Below, in pieces: positions 37,446 through 46,366 of a stretch of 64,000 nucleotides of DNA. Numbering within the stretch: the first letter of the stretch is position 1; the number at the start of each line of letters is the position of its first letter. The DNA lies in the NCBI GenBank assembly GCA_965224085.1, contig CBDCYI010000005.1:1728001-1792000 (forward strand). Direction: 5' to 3'. The DNA comes from Candidatus Marinacidobacterales bacterium (GTDB lineage: Bacteria > Acidobacteriota > Vicinamibacteria > Marinacidobacterales > SMYC01). The notes under the pieces were generated by a model. The model was not told the origin of the DNA. It made no database searches and saw only the letters and a list, made by a program, of their open reading frames with translations. Position numbers and translations under genes: made by a program.

Positions 37446-38183
37446 GGCGTCGTCTATCGCGCCAAAGACACGCGGCTCAATCGCATCGTGGCCTACAAGA
37501 TGCTCATGGAGCAGTTCATGGAGGTCAAAGAGGTCCGGGAGCGCTTCTTGCGCGAAGCACAATCGGCAGCGCAGCTCAATCATCCGAATATCGTCACGGT
37601 GTTCGACGTGGACGTCGACTCGGAGCAGAACCGGCTCTTCATCGCTATGGAGTTCGTCGCGGGTGAAAGCTATTTCGACATCCTTCAGCGTGAGACGAGA
37701 CTCTCGATCCAGCAGACCGTTCAGTTCATCGGAGGCGTTCTCAAAGCGCTCGCCCACGCGCATCGCCACGGCGTCCTCCACCGCGATATCAAGCCTTCGA
37801 ACGTGATGCTCTCGAAACAGCGCGTCGTCAAGATCATGGATTTCGGCCTCGCCAAGATACTTCGAGACGCGAAAGCGCAGGGCAGTGAGAAGGCGAGCGG
37901 GACGCCGCTCTACATGTCTCCAGAGCAGATTCTCGGCAAGGCACTCGACTTCCGCACGGATATCTACGCCTTTGGAGGGACCGTGTATCACCTCCTCGCG
38001 GGCGAGCCACCTTTCGTTGATGGCGAAGTGCTCTACCATCACGTGCACACACCCGCGCGCTCGCTGAAAGACTTGCGGCCGGACGTTCCGAAGGTGCTCT
38101 GCAGCATCGTTATGGCTTGTCTCAACAAGGAGCCCGCCGACCGGCCGACCTCCGACCAAATCCTGAAAATGTTGAAGAAGTAG
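37446..38183 (+). pseudogene. 3' part of the interrupted Hanks-type Ser/Thr kinase
   Basis: GVVYRAKD, VAYK, HRDIKPSN, DFG, GTPLYMSPE, DIYAFG. Confidence 0.95.
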
Positions 38184-38188
38184 TCACT

Positions 38189-38285
38189 ATTCAGCATCCA
38201 GCATTCACGAGCTCTCAGGATTGGCGATTTCGTGCCCGTAGTCCTGAGAGTTCCTGAATGCTCATTACTGAAAGCTGAATGCTGG
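38189..38285. repeat. Long imperfect inverted repeat flanked by 7-mer CAGCATT/AATGCTG-type units (REP-like or terminator)
   Basis: 38200-38222 pairs with 38240-38262 (20/23). Confidence 0.7.
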
Positions 38286-38314
38286 TTCCGCGCTATAATG
38301 CTCGGCCGCACGAC

Positions 38315-40087
38315 ATGAGCCGACTCTCGGACATCACGCACCGCATTCAGGAGCGTGTCCGCGGGTCGATGGCGCAAAACGAGAACCAGGTTTTCATGGG
38401 GCTCACGTTCGTCATCGGCGCGGCCGTGGGACTCGTAATCGTCGCTTTCATTGTCGTCACCGATAGTCTCGAAGCGTGGCTCTATGCCGAGGGCACCGCG
38501 CGGTGGCGTCGTCTCGTGACGCCGATCGCGGCGACGCTCTTTGTGGGCTACCTTCTGTATCGATTTTTTCCCGACGCGCGCGGGAGCGGTGTCCCGCAGA
38601 CGAAAGCGGCCATGTTCGCGCGGCGCGGGCTCATCCCGGGGCGAACGGTGGTAGGCAAGTTCATCGCCTCGTCGGTGACTCTCGCGAGCGGAATCGCTCT
38701 CGGCCGTGAGGGCCCTTCGGTACAGATGGGCGCGGGACTCGCTTCGAGTATCGGACGCGGGCTCGGGCTGAGCGGCGACAAGCTTCAAATGCTCCTCCCC
38801 GTCGGCGCGGCCGCCGCGCTCGCCGCCGCCTTCAATACGCCTCTCGCCGCGATTCTCTTCGCGCTCGAAGAGATCATGGGGAACTTGCACGCGCCGATTC
38901 TAGGCTCGGTCGTCGTCAGCGTCTTTACGTCGCTCTTCGTGATGCGCCTCTTGCTCGGAAACGAGCCTCTTTTTCACGTTCCCGCATACGAAACGGTGCA
39001 CCCGGCCGAGTTCATCGTTTACGCGCTTTTGGGTATCGTGGGCGGCCTCGTCTCCGTTTTCTTCGTCAAGCTCATGCTGCGCATGCGCGAGAAGTTCTTG
39101 AGCATGCCGCGCAGAACGCGCTGGCTGCATCCGGCCGCCGGCGGCGTGGTCGTGGGCGTTCTCGCGTTCACTCTCCCTGGAATTTTTCGTTTTGGACATC
39201 ACACCGTAGGCGAGGCGCTCAACGGCTCGCTCCCGCCTTCGCAGATGGTCATTCTTCTCGTGCTCAGCGTCTTCGCGACCGCCGTGTGCTACGCCTCGGG
39301 AAATGCGGGAGGCATTTTCGGGCCGAGTCTTTTCATGGGTGCTATGGTCGGTGGCAGTCTCGGGAGCATTGCGCAAGCTTATTTTCCCGATATGACCGCG
39401 AGCCCTGGCGCCTATGCGCTCGTCGGGATGGGGACGGCTTTCGCCGGGATCTTGCGTGTGCCGATGGTCTCCGTGATCATGATCTTCGAGCTCACGCACG
39501 ACTACGCCATCGTCGTGCCACTCATGATCTCGAACCTCATCAGCTTTTTCGTTTCGTACAAGTTTCAGAAGACGCCGCTTTACGAAGCACTCGCGCTTCA
39601 AGAAGGCATCCACCTTCCGACCTCAGAAAGTGAGAAGCGCCACCTCCAGGTGCGGCTCGCCATGCGTCCGCCCCACGAGACTTTTTCGTCGGACATGACG
39701 GTTGCGGATTGTATCGAGCGAGTCGGCCATAGCAGCATGCGCGCGTGGCCCGTCACCGACAAGAACGGGGTATGGGGTGTGGTGTCTCTCGAGCAGCTCG
39801 AAAAAGCCCACGACGAGGATCGGGGCGACGCCAAAGTCGGTGACCTTCTGGACTCTCGCGCGTTTCCTCATTTGCACGCCGACCATTCGCTCGACCTCGC
39901 ACTCGAGCGCATGGGCAAAGAGGGCTACGATCTCTTGCCCGTGGTGAGTCGAGCCAACGTTCACGAGATGGAAGGGGTTTGCTCGCTTCTCGATGTGCTC
40001 CGCGCGTTCGGCGTTCATGGACGACCGCCGGGTGCGCCTCCCGACGCCAACGACGTCGACGTCGACGTCGGTGAAGGCCGCTCGTGA
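38315..40087 (+). CDS. ClC chloride channel / H+:Cl- antiporter with CBS pair
   Basis: GSGVP, GREGP, AAFNTP, GIFGP; C-terminal CBS domains; TATAAT at 38294. Confidence 0.95.
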   Translation: MSRLSDITHRIQERVRGSMAQNENQVFMGLTFVIGAAVGLVIVAFIVVTDSLEAWLYAEGTARWRRLVTPIAATLFVGYLLYRFFPDARGSGVPQTKAAMFARRGLIPGRTVVGKFIASSVTLASGIALGREGPSVQMGAGLASSIGRGLGLSGDKLQMLLPVGAAAALAAAFNTPLAAILFALEEIMGNLHAPILGSVVVSVFTSLFVMRLLLGNEPLFHVPAYETVHPAEFIVYALLGIVGGLVSVFFVKLMLRMREKFLSMPRRTRWLHPAAGGVVVGVLAFTLPGIFRFGHHTVGEALNGSLPPSQMVILLVLSVFATAVCYASGNAGGIFGPSLFMGAMVGGSLGSIAQAYFPDMTASPGAYALVGMGTAFAGILRVPMVSVIMIFELTHDYAIVVPLMISNLISFFVSYKFQKTPLYEALALQEGIHLPTSESEKRHLQVRLAMRPPHETFSSDMTVADCIERVGHSSMRAWPVTDKNGVWGVVSLEQLEKAHDEDRGDAKVGDLLDSRAFPHLHADHSLDLALERMGKEGYDLLPVVSRANVHEMEGVCSLLDVLRAFGVHGRPPGAPPDANDVDVDVGEGRS

Positions 40088-40524
40088 AAGCCGTAGTGCA
40101 ACGCGTCAGCAACGCGGGCGTCGAGGTCGACGGTGAGCGCGTGGGCGCGATTGAAGCGGGGCTTCTCGTGCTGCTCGGCGTGGCCGACGGTGACACCGAG
40201 GACGACGCTCGGTGGATGGCTGAGAAGATCGTCTCGCTGCGCATCTTCGAAGACGAGGACGGTAAAATGAACTTGTCAGTCGCCGATGTCGGCGGGTCGC
40301 TTCTCGCTGTGTCCCAGTTCACGCTGCTCGGCGATTGTCGTAAAGGCCGGCGGCCGTCTTTCGTAAAAGCCGCGCTGCCCGAGCTTGCGGAGGAGCTATA
40401 CGAGCGCTTCGTGCGCGTCGTGGACGAGTGCCGTATCCCGACCGCGAAGGGAAGGTTCCAAACCCACATGGCGGTGTCTCTCGTGAATGACGGGCCCGTC
40501 ACGATATTGGTGGAGAGTCCGTAA
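40084..40524 (+). CDS. dtd: D-aminoacyl-tRNA deacylase
   Basis: [19 protein letters not shown]. Confidence 0.97.
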   Translation: MKAVVQRVSNAGVEVDGERVGAIEAGLLVLLGVADGDTEDDARWMAEKIVSLRIFEDEDGKMNLSVADVGGSLLAVSQFTLLGDCRKGRRPSFVKAALPELAEELYERFVRVVDECRIPTAKGRFQTHMAVSLVNDGPVTILVESP

Positions 40525-41510
40525 TGTCGGCGTGGGCGCTCGTTTTGGTCCTCGCAGCTTGGCAGCCAGAGCTCGCCCAGTCGCGGCTTTTTGCTGCGAC
40601 GACGGAGGGCGCGTTCGTGACCTACAGTTGGGGAGAGCACTGGATTCGACTCCGCCCGGATCTGCGTGGCTTCTCGGGTGAGATCCGCGCCTTCGCCTGC
40701 CTCGGGTCGAACGTCTTTGCCGGTGGCTCGGACGGGATCTTCGTCTCCGACGATTTTGGAGAAAACTACCGGCCCGTCGAAGCCTTCGAAGGCAAGAGCG
40801 TGACGACTTTTCAGGCGGCGCGCCTGTTCGCGCTCGAGCCCACACTGTTCGCAGGCACTGCGAAAGGACTCTATCGATCGAAAAATGCCGGAGTCGAATG
40901 GGAGCGGATCGGAACGGATATGATTCGAACCGCCGTCCATGCTTTGGTTTGGCCAGGGCCCGAGCTCTTCGTCGCGAGCGACAGTGGGCTTTTCGTCTCG
41001 GATGACGCCGGCGATAATTGGGAGCCCGTCGAAGAGGGGCTTCCTCGAGTCCCGATTCTCTCGATAGCGCTGTCTCAGCTGTACGGGCTCGACCCTACGA
41101 TCTTCGTCGGGACACGCGACGCGGGACTCTACCGCAGCTCTGACGGCGGCGCGACGTTCGAGCTCCTCGAGCACGAGGTGCTCGAGGACAAGGCGATCGA
41201 CGCTCTTTTCTGGTGGGGCGAGCTCTTGTTGATCGGGACGGAGGAAGGACTGCTGCTTTCGAACGACGGCGCGGAGACGCTGCGCGAAGTCGAAGCGTTG
41301 CGAGGGCAAGCCGTTCTGACCATCAACGTGCCGTCCCCGGAAGGATTTTCGCAGAGCGACGTTATCGTCGGCACGGATGCGGGCGTCTTCAAGAGCTCGG
41401 ACGGCGCCATGAGCTTTCGTCTGGTGAGCGAAGGTATCGGGACCACGCGCGTGCTTGAGCTCGCGACGTTTCCCCAACCTCGGCAGAGCTCTGAGCCCTC
41501 AAATCGCTGA
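40524..41510 (+). CDS. Secreted BNR/Asp-box beta-propeller protein
   Basis: Repeated GxxxSxDxGxxW/F. Confidence 0.8.
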   Translation: MSAWALVLVLAAWQPELAQSRLFAATTEGAFVTYSWGEHWIRLRPDLRGFSGEIRAFACLGSNVFAGGSDGIFVSDDFGENYRPVEAFEGKSVTTFQAARLFALEPTLFAGTAKGLYRSKNAGVEWERIGTDMIRTAVHALVWPGPELFVASDSGLFVSDDAGDNWEPVEEGLPRVPILSIALSQLYGLDPTIFVGTRDAGLYRSSDGGATFELLEHEVLEDKAIDALFWWGELLLIGTEEGLLLSNDGAETLREVEALRGQAVLTINVPSPEGFSQSDVIVGTDAGVFKSSDGAMSFRLVSEGIGTTRVLELATFPQPRQSSEPSNR

Positions 41511-41516
41511 CACGTC

Positions 41517-42065
41517 ATGGGGCTCCCTCTGCGATGGCTGGTCTTGGCCGAGGCAGGGATGGCTCTCGCCACGCTCATATGGGTGCGCTTGAGTGTTACC
41601 GCGCTGCCATATGCACTCACCGCCCGTGCCGTCTCACTTGCTCTCGGCATCACGTTCGTTTTCACGCTCTGCAACTACAGCTTGTTCCGCGTCAGCACGC
41701 GGTTCGCGTTCACGCGACCGGTGCGGGCGTTCTTCGAGGAGGAAATCTTCCCGCTGGTGCGGCAGGCGAGCTTCTTAGATATCGTTATCGCCTCGGCCGC
41801 CGCAGGTTTTGCCGAAGAACTCTTGTTTCGCGGCATGCTCATGCCGCGTATGGGACTCGTGGCGTCGAGCTTACTTTTCGGTTTTCTCCATGGTCCCGAA
41901 TACAAGCTCTGGCCGATGGCGCTCTGGGCGTCGATTGTGGGGCTCGGCTTCGGTGCTCTGTACGCCGAAACGTCTAATCTCGCGATCCCGATGATGGTCC
42001 ACGGCGTCTATGACGCGTTGGCGCTGACCTATATCCGCTTGACGCCCGCGAAGAGAGGTGGCTAG
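41517..42065 (+). CDS. CPBP (CAAX/Abi) intramembrane metalloprotease
   Basis: EELLFRG, FGFLH, HGVYD. Confidence 0.92.
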   Translation: MGLPLRWLVLAEAGMALATLIWVRLSVTALPYALTARAVSLALGITFVFTLCNYSLFRVSTRFAFTRPVRAFFEEEIFPLVRQASFLDIVIASAAAGFAEELLFRGMLMPRMGLVASSLLFGFLHGPEYKLWPMALWASIVGLGFGALYAETSNLAIPMMVHGVYDALALTYIRLTPAKRGG

Positions 42066-42879
42066 TGTGGCGGAGATGCCGCCCCTCGCTTTCGCGAAGA
42101 CCGAAGCGCACGGAAACGACTTCATCGTCGTCTCGGAGAAACGTGTTCGAGAAGCCGCGCCCGATCTCGCACGTGCGATATGCGACCGCCGGCGCGGCGT
42201 CGGCGGTGACGGACTAATTTTGTTTCGCGCCGACGGCGAGCGCTTCGCGATGACGATCATCAACAGCGACGGCACGGCGGCCGAGATATCCGGGAACGGG
42301 CTCCGCTGCCTCGGCGCCTATTTGAGCTATGCGGGCCTCGCAACCGGTCCGGAGATCGAGGTATCGACCGGCGCGGGCCTCTTAAAGCTGACGGCGCTGG
42401 GACAGAACGGCGCGACGTTTCGTTTTCGCGCCGACATGGGGCCGCCGCGAGAGATTGCGGTTGGGGTAGAGCTCGATGTCGGCGGCGAGACGCTCGTGGC
42501 GACAACGCTATCGATGGGGAACCCACACTGCGTCGTGTTCACTGAGCGCTCGAGACTTCGCGACATCGGTCCGACCCTAGAGAGCCATCGGCTCTTTCCC
42601 AACAAAACCAATGTGGAGCTCGTCGAGCCGATCGATGGCCGCGCGATCCATATGGCCATCTGGGAGCGAGGCGCGGGTGAGACGGCATCCTCAGGGACAG
42701 GCTCAGCGGCAGCCGCCGTCGCGTCGATCGTAAATGAACATGTAGAAAGCCCGGTCCAGGTGCACTGTCCTGGAGGCATGATCGAGGTCGCGTGGACGGA
42801 AGGTGAGAGCGTTACCGTCACCGGAGATGCGTCGGTCGTTGCCGAAGGGCACTACCTCATAGATTGGAGAACACCATGA
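42058..42879 (+). CDS. dapF: Diaminopimelate epimerase (Ser in place of both catalytic Cys)
   Basis: GNDF, GVGGDG, NSDG, GNGLRC, GNPHCV, NVE, ERGAGET. Confidence 0.88.
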   Translation: MASVAEMPPLAFAKTEAHGNDFIVVSEKRVREAAPDLARAICDRRRGVGGDGLILFRADGERFAMTIINSDGTAAEISGNGLRCLGAYLSYAGLATGPEIEVSTGAGLLKLTALGQNGATFRFRADMGPPREIAVGVELDVGGETLVATTLSMGNPHCVVFTERSRLRDIGPTLESHRLFPNKTNVELVEPIDGRAIHMAIWERGAGETASSGTGSAAAAVASIVNEHVESPVQVHCPGGMIEVAWTEGESVTVTGDASVVAEGHYLIDWRTP

Positions 42880-42959
42880 AGAAACTTCGTCACGGCTGGC
42901 ATCGCGCAGGGCCTCTTGATGGACTGGAATATCTCGAAGCTGAGCTACTTGAAGGAACG

Positions 42960-43487
42960 CTAGCCTGGCGATCGATGATCTCTAAATCTTTGTTCGAACA
43001 AAAGAAGCTCTGGCTTCAAAACTTGCGCTTCCGCGATCGCGGCCAGGAGCTCGCCCCTCTCGCCCAACGTTCTCACGCTTTGATAACGAAGCTGGAAGGG
43101 CGCGAGCTCTTCGGGCATGGCGCCACGGGATTGCGCGATCGCGATCAAGCCTTCGAGCTCGCCGAGACAGCGCGTGAGCCTTCTGAAAACGATCCTCTTC
43201 GTCATTGTGGATTGTCTGAAGGCGTCGTCCGCGTGCTCAACAGCTGCGCCGGCAACGAGGATGGCCGCGCGGTACGCCTTCTCCTCTTCCGCGAGGCGCC
43301 GGGCTTCCGCGAGCGCGGCCTCGGCACTCGCGAGCGGCAGAGCGGCAAACACGGCAGCTTCCGACGCCCGAGCGACTTCGATCCTTGCCGCGGCCATGTC
43401 CAGCTCCTGACTAGGTGGCTGCGCGCATCCGGCGGCTGATACGATCCACGCAAAGGCGCAAAGTCGCGAAGGTGTTCTGAGAAGCAT
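42960..43487 (-). CDS. Helical lipoprotein (DUF4398-like)
   Basis: AAGC lipobox then AQPPSQELDMAAARIEVARASEA. Confidence 0.6.
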   Translation of the reverse strand: MLLRTPSRLCAFAWIVSAAGCAQPPSQELDMAAARIEVARASEAAVFAALPLASAEAALAEARRLAEEEKAYRAAILVAGAAVEHADDAFRQSTMTKRIVFRRLTRCLGELEGLIAIAQSRGAMPEELAPFQLRYQSVRTLGERGELLAAIAEAQVLKPELLLFEQRFRDHRSPG

Positions 43488-43686
43488 AATTAACCCTAAT
43501 CGCAAAATCTTCGAAGCACGAAAACGCGAAACAGCCGCACTGGGCGCAGGCGAGAAGCTCGTGCTGGGGCACCCGCTCGCCGCCACTATAGGTGATTCTG
43601 CACGGTGTATGCAGAACCTGGAAAAGGTGCTATTCACGGGGCCAAAGACCTCAGACACGGTGACGTTTATTTGCGATTAGGGTTAA

Positions 43687-45051
43687 TTAGCTTTTGCGTC
43701 GAAGCGTCTTGCGGTAATTCGCGATTACACGATTGACGAGCGTCTTCGTCTCGCCTAGATAAGCGCGGTAGTTGACGCAGTCGTCGATTTCTTTTAGGCG
43801 GAGGTGCTTCCGCACGATCGGGTGCGCTCGCACGGCGTCGGAAAAAGAGGTTTCGTTTCGTCGCGCTTCGTCCGAGAGCTCTTTCACAACGGCATGCGCG
43901 CGGTCTCTTCCAACCGCAATGGCGAGCTTCATGAGCAGCGCCTCCGAGCACACGAAACCTCCGGCGCGCTCGAGATTGCGCTCCATGTTCTCCGGTTTGA
44001 CGATCAAGTTCGCGAGAACGCGTTCGGTGAGCTCGAGCTGCGCGTCGACGAGCAAGCAGCTTTCCGGCACGAACTTCCATGCCGTCTCGCCCTGGCGATG
44101 GTCGTCCTCCCACTCCGCGTGAATGTAGTCGAGTGCGGAGAGCACGTTCGAGCGCAATAGCCGTCCGAGAAAAACGACCGAGCCTGAAGCGACGGGGTTT
44201 TGCTTGTGGGGCATCGCCGAGCTTCCAACCTTGCCTTCGGTAAACTCCGTCACTTCATCGACGTCGGTTTGCTGCAAGTTGTAGATGTTCTGCGCGATCT
44301 TGCCGAGGGTGGCGGAGAGCATCCCGAGGTGGACGACGAACTCGGCGAGCCGATCGCCCGCCGTTTTGACGGGGATGGCGGCCACGCCGAGCCCTAGGCG
44401 GTTCATCAGTTCTTTATGGATGCGCAGTCCTTTCGGGCCGAGCGAGGCGAGTGTGCCCACGGCGCCGCCGAACTCGCCCACGAGAACGCGTTTCTTGCCT
44501 TCTCGAAGCCGGTCTTGTTGGCGCAGGATCTCGTCGAGCCAGACGGCCGCTTTGAAGCCGAAGGTCACCGGTAGCGCGTGCTGTCCGTGCGTACGTCCCG
44601 CCATGATTGTGTCGCGATGTTCCTCTGCTAGGCCTGCGAGCAAACGCGCCACGGATGCGAGGTTGTTCTCGATGATCGCATAGGCATCTTTGACCTGGAT
44701 GGCGATACCCGTGTCGAAGATGTTCTTGCTCGTCGCGCCCCAATGCACGTAGCCGGCCGATCGCGAGGACAGCCTGCGCCTCAGGCCGTCCACGAGTGGG
44801 ACGACGGGATTCCAGGTCTGGTCGAAGGTTCGCTTCAGAGCACGCAGATCGAGATTCTCGATCCGTGCTTGAAGCTTTATCTCTCTCGCGGCTTTCTTGG
44901 GAACGATGCCGAGATCCGCTTCGACTTCGGCGAGCGCGATCTCGACGTCGAGCCAGCGCTGGAGGGTGACGCGATCGTTCCAAAGCTTCCGCATCGCGGC
45001 GCTTCCGAAGCGATCCTTGAAATAGAAAGAGTCGAAGACAGTCGATGGCAT
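43687..45051 (-). CDS. Adenylosuccinate lyase / PcaB-like fumarase-aspartase superfamily lyase
   Basis: HWGATS, GRTHGQHA, GSSAMPHKQNP; start ATG 45051. Confidence 0.9.
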   Translation of the reverse strand: MPSTVFDSFYFKDRFGSAAMRKLWNDRVTLQRWLDVEIALAEVEADLGIVPKKAAREIKLQARIENLDLRALKRTFDQTWNPVVPLVDGLRRRLSSRSAGYVHWGATSKNIFDTGIAIQVKDAYAIIENNLASVARLLAGLAEEHRDTIMAGRTHGQHALPVTFGFKAAVWLDEILRQQDRLREGKKRVLVGEFGGAVGTLASLGPKGLRIHKELMNRLGLGVAAIPVKTAGDRLAEFVVHLGMLSATLGKIAQNIYNLQQTDVDEVTEFTEGKVGSSAMPHKQNPVASGSVVFLGRLLRSNVLSALDYIHAEWEDDHRQGETAWKFVPESCLLVDAQLELTERVLANLIVKPENMERNLERAGGFVCSEALLMKLAIAVGRDRAHAVVKELSDEARRNETSFSDAVRAHPIVRKHLRLKEIDDCVNYRAYLGETKTLVNRVIANYRKTLRRKS

Positions 45052-45074
45052 CGAGCCAATCCTAGTAGGTCTCC

Positions 45075-45368
45075 TCAGGACTCTTGCTCGCGCACTGCGG
45101 AAACTTTCGTCTCCACCTCTCTCTCGAGGCGCTCTTTCTCTTGGGACACCTCGGCGCGAAGCAGTTCGAGCTCTTCCATCGAGCCGACGGCCTGCATCTT
45201 GGCCTCCTGCTGGATCTCGAACTCCGCGATTTTCGCGCGACAACGGCTGCGGATGTCGGCTATCTCGGCCTTCTGGTCGTCCGTGAGCTTCTTTTCTTCG
45301 AAGCCGTCCGCGCGAAGCTTCTCCATAGCGAGCTCGACGGCGGATTTGGGTGCTTCGTCGTCTGACAT
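45075..45368 (-). CDS. Small coiled-coil hypothetical protein
   Basis: AGGAGA RBS; charged helical 97 aa; upstream of the lyase. Confidence 0.75.
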   Translation of the reverse strand: MSDDEAPKSAVELAMEKLRADGFEEKKLTDDQKAEIADIRSRCRAKIAEFEIQQEAKMQAVGSMEELELLRAEVSQEKERLEREVETKVSAVREQES

Positions 45369-45438
45369 GTCGTGTGTCTCCTGATCTGGTTGATTCGGCC
45401 CGATGATATACTACCGTCCCCTCGAAGGGAGACACTGG

Positions 45439-45660
45439 ATGGTCGAAATCACTGTGCTCAACAACGGACCTTTGCGGGTGAAGGGTGACGTGACCGTGAA
45501 GGACGCGCAGGGGAACAGCTACGACCTCAAGGGCCGCGATGCGATCTCGCTTTGCCGCTGTGGGCGCTCCGGGAACAAGCCTTTTTGCGACGGATCGCAT
45601 AACCGGCAGGGCTTCGTGCACGCATCTGAAGCGTTCGACCTTCCCGAGCCCAAAGCCTGA
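45439..45660 (+). CDS. CDGSH iron-sulfur domain protein
   Basis: LCRCGRSGNKPFCDGSH. Confidence 0.95.
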   Translation: MVEITVLNNGPLRVKGDVTVKDAQGNSYDLKGRDAISLCRCGRSGNKPFCDGSHNRQGFVHASEAFDLPEPKA

Positions 45661-45672
45661 AGGGAGCTGACC

Positions 45673-46068
45673 ATGGTAGACATTCCGTCGGACTATCACG
45701 ACATACTGGACAAAAAGGCCTTCGTGCATCTCGCGACGAAGATGAAAGACGGAAGCCCTCAAGTGAGCCCGGTATGGGCCGAGCGTGACGGCAACACCAT
45801 CATCATCAACTCGGCCAAGGGCCGTCTCAAAGACCGGAACATGCGCGCGGATGATCGCGTAGCGCTCTCGGCAACGGACCCCGATAATCCCTACCGCGCG
45901 ATCATGATCCGCGGCCGTGTCACGAACGTTACCGAACAAGGCGCTGACGAGCACATCGATGCTCTGGCGAAGAAATATCTCGACAAAGACAAGTACCCTT
46001 TTCGACAGTCGGGTGAAGTCCGGGTGAAATATTTCATCGAGCCCGAAAAAGTCGCAACGATGGGGTAG
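45673..46068 (+). CDS. PPOX-class (putative F420-dependent) oxidoreductase
   Basis: LATKMKDGSPQVSPVW, KDRNM, DPDNPY, IDALAKKY. Confidence 0.9.
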   Translation: MVDIPSDYHDILDKKAFVHLATKMKDGSPQVSPVWAERDGNTIIINSAKGRLKDRNMRADDRVALSATDPDNPYRAIMIRGRVTNVTEQGADEHIDALAKKYLDKDKYPFRQSGEVRVKYFIEPEKVATMG

Positions 46069-46073
46069 GCGTG

Positions 46074-46364
46074 ATGCGATGGGTTTGGTTCGCCGCAAGC
46101 TTGCTCGTGGCCGCTTCGGCGGGCGCCCGGACCATCGTTCTCACGAACGCGAACGTCATCGACGGCATCAGTGATGCGCCTGCGATGGGGCGCGCCGTCG
46201 TCATTCGTGACGGTCGCATTGCTGCTGTCGTTTCGGCACCCGAAGGCGATCTCATCGTCGTCGATCAGAGCCCGCTTGAGAACATCCTCTCTCTTCAGGA
46301 TGTGCTCATGGTCGTGAACAACGGCAAAGTCGTGCTCGACCGTTTGAGCTTCGCTCTCGAATAA
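46074..46364 (+). pseudogene. Amidohydrolase with the catalytic barrel deleted in frame
   Basis: N-terminal NANVIDG..VVIRDGRIAAV fused to C-terminal DLIVVDQSPLENI..VVNNGKVV. Confidence 0.7.
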
Positions 46365-46366
46365 AG

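Larger units (their letters stand above)
34845..37446 (-). mobile_element. IS110-family element, 2602 bp, with recombinase, bridge RNA and two accessory ORFs
   Basis: Removing it rejoins GGG ATG (ends 34843) to GGC GTC GTC TAT (starts 37446) in frame; GG core at both junctions (34843-44, 37445-46); no terminal inverted repeats seen; visibly lower GC. Confidence 0.95.

Noticed and set aside
34843-37446. Target-site duplication or terminal inverted repeats of a DDE-type IS, or a group II intron
   Set aside because: Only a 2-nt GG core repeats, there are no inverted ends and no reverse transcriptase; the protein is a DEDD IS110 recombinase.
43687-46098. 803-aa ORF as listed
   Set aside because: The N-terminal ~350 aa is antisense or off-frame to real genes; the lyase starts at 45051.
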